Below are positions 57,822 through 64,000 of a stretch of 64,000 nt of DNA, piece by piece. The stretch is from contig CAZUKA010000001.1 of the NCBI GenBank assembly GCA_964620905.1, positions 369,107 through 433,106 of the forward strand, given 5' to 3'. Each line of letters begins with the position of its first letter. The stretch's first letter is position 1. This DNA is from an uncultured Gammaproteobacteria bacterium (GTDB taxonomy: Bacteria > Patescibacteriota > Patescibacteriia > S139-126). A model generated the notes under the pieces. The model saw nothing but the letters and a program-made list of their open reading frames with translations. It was not told the DNA's origin and made no database searches. The translations under genes and the position numbers were made by a program.

Positions 57822-58501
57822 ATATTGTCAATTACCTTTTTAATTATCACTAATACCAATAAATGAACGGGGTAAAAAAAATAAAAAATATATTTCAATC
57901 TGGGTCCCAATTGTCCATTGTAAAATTTGAGAATAAACAATGATAAGATCGCGAACAATTGAACAAGCGAAAGAAAACTATGATCATATCCGGCTAACTT
58001 TCCCAAAGAGTAATGATAATAAACGTAAATAACCGTGAGCCCAGTCTGGGTAATAAATAAATATATAAAATCTTTCGCCACCGGAAAAAAATAAAAAAAG
58101 AATACTAGCATAATACCATACCAACCATAATCAAGCTTGATAATTTCACCAGACAAAGCCAGCAATAAAACTGCCAGCCAGCCAAAAAATTTATTTTTTA
58201 TCTTACTAAAAAGCCAAATTGCCACCAAACCAAATAAAAGAGTAAAAAAGATATTTAAATTTTTATTCTGAAAAGCCCAATAATATATAGGTTGACTAAA
58301 TACGGCAAAAATGAACAGACGGGTTAGATATTTTTTTATGCTTTTGGTGTGTTGAAAACCCACGGCCAATAAATAGGCAAAAATTGGTAAGGTCAACCGA
58401 CCAATGATCCGCCAAAAAATTTGTTCGGGGTACAAAATCGCTCCGATATGATCGATTAACATCAAACTACAAGCGATTATTTTGAGATAGAATGAGTTCA
58501 T
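57818..58501 (-). CDS. TraX-family membrane protein.
   Basis: LKIIACSLMLIDHIG matches the TraX N-terminal motif. Confidence 0.55.
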   Translation of the reverse strand: MNSFYLKIIACSLMLIDHIGAILYPEQIFWRIIGRLTLPIFAYLLAVGFQHTKSIKKYLTRLFIFAVFSQPIYYWAFQNKNLNIFFTLLFGLVAIWLFSKIKNKFFGWLAVLLLALSGEIIKLDYGWYGIMLVFFFYFFPVAKDFIYLFITQTGLTVIYVYYHYSLGKLAGYDHSFLSLVQLFAILSLFILKFYNGQLGPRLKYIFYFFYPVHLLVLVIIKKVIDNI

Positions 58502-58607
58502 AAATCACTTAGGAAATACACTTACTCTCAATTAATCACCAATTTTACAATTTTTCAGTTAACCTTGGTAATTTATTGATCAAGATAAATCGGAAATTAA
58601 ATTAACT

Positions 58608-58684
58608 TGGTCGGGGTAGCCGGACTTGAACCGGCGACCTCATGCACCCCATGCATGCGCGCTAGCCAACTGCGCTATACCCCG
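58608..58684 (-). tRNA. tRNA-Pro (GGG), with CCA encoded.
   Basis: Cloverleaf folded by hand. Acceptor CGGGGUA/UACCCCG, anticodon loop AUGGGGU, T-loop UUCAAGU. Confidence 0.9.
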
Positions 58685-58764
58685 ATAATTAAATTATAAG
58701 TTATAAACAAAAAATTATAAATGTACTACTTGTCAACTCAAAAAAATCATGGTATTTCTTAAAT

Positions 58765-59121
58765 ATGAACTCCAAACTTCTCCAAGCTTTCAAATGGATT
58801 TTTGCTATTTTGCTAGGACTAACTTTGCTTTCATTTTTTTCTTTTCAAAATGAAATGAAATTTTTAATTCTAGCAGTCATGCTGGCGACGGTAGTTATTA
58901 GCACTATTTCTTATCTCCCCGATCAGCCAACTCCGGCAGTTGATCTTAGCCACTTAACTAATTTTTTGTCTCAACTGATTATTATCACAGTAATATTTTT
59001 ACTTGCCCTCTGGGAACTATCACGAGACGGAATAATTGATATTTGGTTTTTTGTTTTACTTTTAACCGTTACTTTATCTCGACCGGTTATATATCTTCTG
59101 CTTAAAGCCTTTCGCAAATAA
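58765..59121 (+). CDS. Hypothetical small membrane protein.
   Basis: ORF followed by the terminator actctt-taataatt-aagagt tttttt (59136-59170). Confidence 0.45.
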   Translation: MNSKLLQAFKWIFAILLGLTLLSFFSFQNEMKFLILAVMLATVVISTISYLPDQPTPAVDLSHLTNFLSQLIIITVIFLLALWELSRDGIIDIWFFVLLLTVTLSRPVIYLLLKAFRK

Positions 59122-59401
59122 AACTACCAACTAATTAAAATTTTACTCTTTAATAATTAAGAGTTTTTTTATTTTACTATAAAAACTAAAGAGGCCATCC
59201 ATCTCGGACGACCTCTCCAGCCTATGTAGGGTGCACTTTAGGATAATCCCAGTACGCTTCCCTGAAAATCAGGTGGGTTTCCGCAGGTTCAGATTGTCAG
59301 AAAAAATTCTAGAAATTTTCATCAAATCTGCCCAATATAAGAATCCCTCAAATTTTAGGTTGTAGAAAGGCGTATCTAGGATTCCCTCTCCGTGCTAGTT
59401 C

Positions 59402-59413
59402 ATTATAGCATGT
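59402..59413 (-). promoter_or_regulatory. Extended -10 promoter (TGCTATAAT) on the minus strand, reading into the 59175-59395 noncoding region.
   Basis: cattatagca on the plus strand is TGCTATAATG on the minus strand. There is a weak -35 TTAATA at a 17-nt spacing. Confidence 0.45.
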
Positions 59414-59459
59414 TTAAAAATAAATATTAAGAGCATCTAAAAAAGCTAAAAATAGCAAA

Positions 59460-59490
59460 AAACCGCTGATTCAGCGGTTGATTGTGGATA
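59460..59490 (-). terminator. Rho-independent terminator of ndk.
   Basis: aaccgctga-(a/t)-tcagcggtt followed by tttttt in the minus sense. Confidence 0.75.
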
Positions 59491-59503
59491 TCTTTTAATT
59501 AAA

Positions 59504-59977
59504 TCAGGTTAATTCTTCATTGGCATATACCCAGTTCCAATCATCTTTGCGATAAGCAAATAACTCTCCGGGTTTAAAAAATCTTTTAATCTCCTGACTG
59601 GCTGATTCTAAACTGTCAGACGCATGCACAATATTGTTTGATCCGGACATAGAAAAATCACCCCGGATTGAACCGGCATCAGCTACCCGTCCTTTAGTTG
59701 GACCAACAATCATTCTAACTGTGTCTATTACTTCCACTCCTTCTAAAACCAAAAAAACTACTGGGGATGATTTCATAAAATTTTTCAGGTCAGCAAAAAA
59801 AGGTTTATCCGCGTGATGCGAATAATGTTGGTTCAATAAATCATCGGATAAAAAATCCATTTTCATTCCGGCAATTTTTAAACCTTTTTCCTCAAACCGC
59901 GTAATAATCCGTCCCAGCAAATTTCTTTGCAGAGCATCCGGTTTGATAATAATCAATGTGCGTTGTAGATTGGACAT
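59504..59977 (-). CDS. ndk: Nucleoside diphosphate kinase.
   Basis: RTLIIIKPDALQRNLLGRIITRFE...NIVHASDS (active-site His region). Confidence 0.95.
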   Translation of the reverse strand: MSNLQRTLIIIKPDALQRNLLGRIITRFEEKGLKIAGMKMDFLSDDLLNQHYSHHADKPFFADLKNFMKSSPVVFLVLEGVEVIDTVRMIVGPTKGRVADAGSIRGDFSMSGSNNIVHASDSLESASQEIKRFFKPGELFAYRKDDWNWVYANEELT

Positions 59978-59983
59978 AAAAAA

Positions 59984-60388
59984 TTAATTTAAATATTTGG
60001 CTACTTTATCAACCAATTGCGCCGGTGTCAAGTTGGCTTTAACCAAATAATCAACCGCTCCGAGTTTTTTTCCTTTACTGACATCTTCATCCTGCCCTAA
60101 ATTGGTGAGCATTATAACTTTGATGTCGGACGTTGCTTTATCTGCTTTCAACTCTTTCAAAACCATAAAACCATCTTTTTTGGGTAAGATAATATCCAAC
60201 AGTATAATATCCGGCTTTTCACTTTTAGCTTTAACTATTCCTTCGGAACCGTCGCCGGCGGTCACCACCTCATAATTTTCGTGTTCAAACTTGGTTTGAT
60301 ACATCTGCAATAAAGACTCCTCATCCTCAATGATTAATACTTTTTGATTCTTTGGCATATAATTATTTATTCCTTTAAAGTATAACAA
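59984..60388 (-). CDS. Single-domain response regulator (receiver only).
   Basis: VLIIEDE...ILLDIILP...K is the REC pattern. Confidence 0.8.
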   Translation of the reverse strand: MLYFKGINNYMPKNQKVLIIEDEESLLQMYQTKFEHENYEVVTAGDGSEGIVKAKSEKPDIILLDIILPKKDGFMVLKELKADKATSDIKVIMLTNLGQDEDVSKGKKLGAVDYLVKANLTPAQLVDKVAKYLN

Positions 60389-60393
60389 AAAAT

Positions 60394-61284
60394 CTATTTA
60401 ATTTCAACTTTTTGACCATCGGTTTGTAGCCAAATAGTCCCTAGTTGGTCAGTGCGTAATACTTGAGCCTGTACATTTTTTATATTGTATAAAACCCGAA
60501 AATGCGGATGACCATAGCGGTTATCTAACCCAGCGGAAATAATTACATATTGGGGTTTTACAACTTGCAAAAATTCCGGATAAGTTGATGTTTGAGAACC
60601 GTGATGACCGGCTTTAATGATTTCAGCACTTAATTTTGGATAAAGGGCTATTAATTCTCTTTCCTGTTCGCCCGGCAAATCGCCAGTTAATATAAAATCT
60701 ATCCTGCCAAAACTCGCTGTCAGCGCCAGTGAGGAAGCATTAGTATCGCTAAATACTTTATGCTGCAAACTTACCAAGGGATAAATTACTTCTATCTGCA
60801 AACTATCATAAGTAAAAATTTGTCCGGCTTGAGCGATAAAAATTTTGGTATTTGTCTTATGCAATTGATCAAGCAATAGATCATAGGCGGGCAAATCATC
60901 AACAACACCGGTAAATAAAAAATTTTTTATTTTGTACCGTTGGGCAGTCTCCACCAAACCATTTAGATGATCGCTGTCGGGATGAGTAAGTACTAAAAGA
61001 TCAATTGTTTTTTCATAAAAAGGTAAAACTCGACCGATCTCATAAAGTACAGATAAATCTGGCCCACCATCAACCAATATCACTTGCCGATCGGTTGTAT
61101 AAAATAAAGTTGCATCGCCCTGACCTACATTTAAAAAATAAATATCAACTTTTTCCCGTGGTTGAAAATAATTATAAAAAAATTCTATATTTTTTTCTAA
61201 CCGTGGAGCAATAAAAATATAAATTGAAAATATCACCCAAAACCAAAATAATTTATTCAACCACGGACCAGCTGCGTCGCGCAT
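60394..61284 (-). CDS. ComEC C-terminal metallo-beta-lactamase domain protein (own N-terminal TM).
   Basis: DATLFYTTD...VLTHPDSDHLNGL...AGHHGS are MBL-fold motifs. Confidence 0.8.
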   Translation of the reverse strand: MRDAAGPWLNKLFWFWVIFSIYIFIAPRLEKNIEFFYNYFQPREKVDIYFLNVGQGDATLFYTTDRQVILVDGGPDLSVLYEIGRVLPFYEKTIDLLVLTHPDSDHLNGLVETAQRYKIKNFLFTGVVDDLPAYDLLLDQLHKTNTKIFIAQAGQIFTYDSLQIEVIYPLVSLQHKVFSDTNASSLALTASFGRIDFILTGDLPGEQERELIALYPKLSAEIIKAGHHGSQTSTYPEFLQVVKPQYVIISAGLDNRYGHPHFRVLYNIKNVQAQVLRTDQLGTIWLQTDGQKVEIK

Positions 61285-62728
61285 AAAAAATTATCAAAAT
61301 TAAAAGAATATAAACTATCAAAATGGTCAATAACCCTGGTGAAGAAATATTCACCATGGCCCAAGAAAAATTACTAAAATAACCCGTGATGAAAATCACA
61401 TAATGCAAACCAACATAAGCTAACCAGGCCAATAATTGACCTCCCGAATAAAAAATAAAACTGACCAACACCGCCATAAATCCTAAAGCCATAATCAAAG
61501 GAATGACAAATAGAATCAAAATATTGACCAGCAAGGCAACCAAAGAAAAGCGACCAAACTGATAAATAATCAACGGAGCAGTCATAATAATTGCCGCACT
61601 TGTGGCAATTACTGATTCTTTTAAACCAAATTTAGTAGGTAAACTTATCCTCAAAGAAATAAAAATTTTTTCCAATACCGGTGCTAAATAAATCAATCCA
61701 ATAGTAGCTAAAAATGACAACTGAAAACCAACATCAAATAATAAAATATAAGGGTTAATTGCTGACATCACCGTGGCCGAAGTAATCAACAATATCCCCG
61801 GTTTTACCCCACCGCCCCAGCGATAAGCAATTAATACTAAAATCCCCATAATGCCTGCTCGGACTACTGATGCTGGATAACCAGTTAATAAAATAAACAT
61901 TACGATTATCAATATTACCAACCAAAAAGCATAACGGCGATGTAGACCTAACCACGGAGCGATTAGAAAAATTATCAAACCTAAAACAGTAATATTATAA
62001 CCGGATAAAGCTACAATATGAGTTGTACCGGTGATGTTGAATTGTTCCCTGATTGGTGTTGGGATTGATCTTTTTGCGCCCCACAATAAGCCATTTAAAA
62101 AGGCCGCTTCCGGTTCTGGCAAAAGCTGATTGACTCTATCAATTAATTTTATTTTCAAACCCAACAGTTGACCATAAAAACTAAACTTTTGATTGACAAA
62201 AGAAAGCTGAGGATAATACATAACTGAGCTAATACCAAAACTGGCTAAATAAGCTGCATAGTCAAAATCAGCAAACACCGGTGGTGGTTGTAACTTACCC
62301 CTCACTACTAAAACATCGCCATAGTTGAAGGTCGGATAAAGTGGTGCCGTAATCAAAATTCGGTCATCTGTTTGTGAATAAATATCGGTTTTCTTTACTG
62401 TTATTAATTGACGATCGGTTCGGATATCAACTTCCGCCACTACCTGAACCCTAAGCTCAACTTCATTATCTTCCCAAATCTGATTTTGTTCAGCCGTTGG
62501 TAAAGACAAAAACTCCCAGCGCCAAAAACCAAATAAACACCCGACAATCACAAATAACAAACATAAGATCTTAATTTGTGGCCAATAAAAATAAAATAAG
62601 ATGACTATTATCAAACTAGAATATAAAACTACGGTTGGCGGTTGATAAAAATAGCCCAAGGTAGCGCCCACCAACCAGCCACCACCAAAACAATATAAAA
62701 AGAAATAATGTTTAAAATTTTTTTTCAT
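61253..62728 (-). CDS. comEC: ComEC/Rec2 competence membrane channel domain protein.
   Basis: DUF4131-like N-terminus and the competence domain GTTHIVALSGYNITVL. Confidence 0.8.
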   Translation of the reverse strand: MKKNFKHYFFLYCFGGGWLVGATLGYFYQPPTVVLYSSLIIVILFYFYWPQIKILCLLFVIVGCLFGFWRWEFLSLPTAEQNQIWEDNEVELRVQVVAEVDIRTDRQLITVKKTDIYSQTDDRILITAPLYPTFNYGDVLVVRGKLQPPPVFADFDYAAYLASFGISSVMYYPQLSFVNQKFSFYGQLLGLKIKLIDRVNQLLPEPEAAFLNGLLWGAKRSIPTPIREQFNITGTTHIVALSGYNITVLGLIIFLIAPWLGLHRRYAFWLVILIIVMFILLTGYPASVVRAGIMGILVLIAYRWGGGVKPGILLITSATVMSAINPYILLFDVGFQLSFLATIGLIYLAPVLEKIFISLRISLPTKFGLKESVIATSAAIIMTAPLIIYQFGRFSLVALLVNILILFVIPLIMALGFMAVLVSFIFYSGGQLLAWLAYVGLHYVIFITGYFSNFSWAMVNISSPGLLTILIVYILLILIIFYARRSWSVVE

Positions 62729-62748
62729 TCTCTCTCCTCGAAAAAAAA

Positions 62749-63786
62749 TTATTTAATCTGTTGTATTGACCAACTAGCGGTACTACTGATCAATTTATCT
62801 TGATGTAATATAAATTTTTTTAAATACGGACGCAAAGAATTATGCCCCCAATTGCCACTGGCAATCAAAACATTTCTCATAAATCTATCCCAGCCAATTC
62901 TCTTGATCGGTGAATCTTTAAATTTTTCTTTAAATTCTTCGGGGGTAATAGTCAACAAATCAATCAAACTGGGAGCTATTAGATCGGTTTTGATCTTAAT
63001 TTTCTCGGTAATAATCAAAGCCGCTTTTTTATTCCAGGGACATACTTCCTGACAAACATCACAGCCATAGATCCAATTTTTAATTAAAGTTCGCAAAGCA
63101 ACAGGGATTTCATCTCGATGTTCTATGGTCAAATAGGAAATACAACGTCTGGCATCAAGTTGCCAAGGTTCAACAAATGCTTGGGTGGGACATTTATCCT
63201 GACAACGACGACAAAGTCCACAACTTCCCATGTTTTTATTTTCCTCATCAGCTGTCAAAGCCAGATCACAAATAATTTCACCCAAGAAAAAATACGAACC
63301 AATGTTTGTATTGATCAAGGTGGTATTTTTTCCAACATATCCCAAACCGCCACTACTACCTACTTCCCTTTCCAAAATCGGTCCGGTATCAACATAAACG
63401 TGATATTGCCACTGATTGTTGACTTGCCTGCCAATTTTTTCTGCCAACTCCTCAAGTAATTTCTGCATAACCTGATGATAGTCATCATACCATGCATACC
63501 GAGCAATTAGTCCGCGGGACGGATCTTGTCTTAATTCTTCAGGAATATCGGCCGGCCGGTACAATAGACCAACCGTGATGGCACTGATTGCCTGACCAAA
63601 TAAATTTTTGCGCGGATCAAGTCGTCTTTCAATATTTTTACCATACCACGCCATTTCACCGGCAAAACCATTGTCTAGCCATTTTTTTACTTGTTGAGAA
63701 TATTGACTTGGTTGCAAACTAGTAATACCTACTAAATCAAAACCTACTTCTCGTGCCATTTTTTTTATTGCCAACTCTAACCGCAT
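62749..63786 (-). CDS. queG: Epoxyqueuosine reductase.
   Basis: Two 4Fe-4S ferredoxin motifs, CGLCRRCQDKCP and CDVCQEVCP, in a QueG-length collinear protein. Confidence 0.88.
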   Translation of the reverse strand: MRLELAIKKMAREVGFDLVGITSLQPSQYSQQVKKWLDNGFAGEMAWYGKNIERRLDPRKNLFGQAISAITVGLLYRPADIPEELRQDPSRGLIARYAWYDDYHQVMQKLLEELAEKIGRQVNNQWQYHVYVDTGPILEREVGSSGGLGYVGKNTTLINTNIGSYFFLGEIICDLALTADEENKNMGSCGLCRRCQDKCPTQAFVEPWQLDARRCISYLTIEHRDEIPVALRTLIKNWIYGCDVCQEVCPWNKKAALIITEKIKIKTDLIAPSLIDLLTITPEEFKEKFKDSPIKRIGWDRFMRNVLIASGNWGHNSLRPYLKKFILHQDKLISSTASWSIQQIK

Positions 63787-63789
63787 AAC

Positions 63790-64000
63790 AAATTATTCCA
63801 CTGTCACTGATTTGGCTAAATTCCTAGGTTTATCTACATCCAATCCTTTAAGATCAGCTATATAATAAGCCAAAAGCTGTAAAGGAACCACTGTAAGTTG
63901 CGGCATAAAAAAAGGTAAGGTCTCGGGTATATAAATCACGGTGTCTGATATTTTTTTTATATTGTCATCACCCCGAGTGGCAATCGTAATAATTTTTCCA
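63790..64000 (-). CDS. glmS: Glutamine--fructose-6-phosphate aminotransferase, C-terminal end (partial; the N-terminus lies beyond the window).
   Basis: The minus-strand translation ends ...[17 protein letters not shown], the conserved GlmS C-terminus. Confidence 0.8.

Overview
The window is AT-rich bacterial chromosome with dense, mostly minus-strand genes. Its features resemble a small-genome Patescibacteria/CPR-type organism: proteins carry low-complexity inserts, the type IV pilus locus has no secretin, ComEC is present and SD sites are weak. I cannot verify the taxonomy from sequence alone. Housekeeping genes I recognise are recO, ileS, argS, smpB with a downstream tmRNA (ssrA), infC-rpmI-rplT (infC apparently starting at AUU), lgt, dsbA-like, trxB, gatC-gatA, ligA, rlmE, ndk, a split comEC, queG and a partial glmS. 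There are tRNA-Asp(GUC), tRNA-Pro(GGG) and one non-canonical tRNA-like gene. A near-complete type IVa pilus locus runs 35.6-49.8 kb on the minus strand: PilX-like, three minor pilins, pilD, pilA, pilC, pilT, a REC gene, pilB, a small protein, pilO/N/M, then a large secreted protein. There is no pilQ. The most unusual content is threefold. First, a tightly coupled minus-strand operon at 20.2-23.2 kb (patatin-like phospholipase, standalone GAF, CYTH cyclase/triphosphatase-like, VIT-family membrane protein) preceded by a VirB2-like small membrane protein. This looks like a sensor, nucleotide-enzyme and effector module. Second, an 11.4-19.9 kb region holding a 1443-aa protein with a C-terminal GT-A (DXD) glycosyltransferase domain, a small acidic protein and a divergent two-gene operon. 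That operon sits behind a consensus sigma70 promoter and a 17-bp inverted repeat in its 5' UTR. A protein with a T9SS-type C-terminal sorting domain is also there. Third, several dispersed repeat families: GAAT-phased heptanucleotide tandem repeats, including in-frame copies inside ileS, and ~80-nt AT-rich palindromic intergenic elements. GC-richer noncoding patches at 26.1-26.3 kb, 33.42-33.58 kb and 59.17-59.44 kb look like structured RNAs. No CRISPR array, rRNA or obvious prophage was seen.
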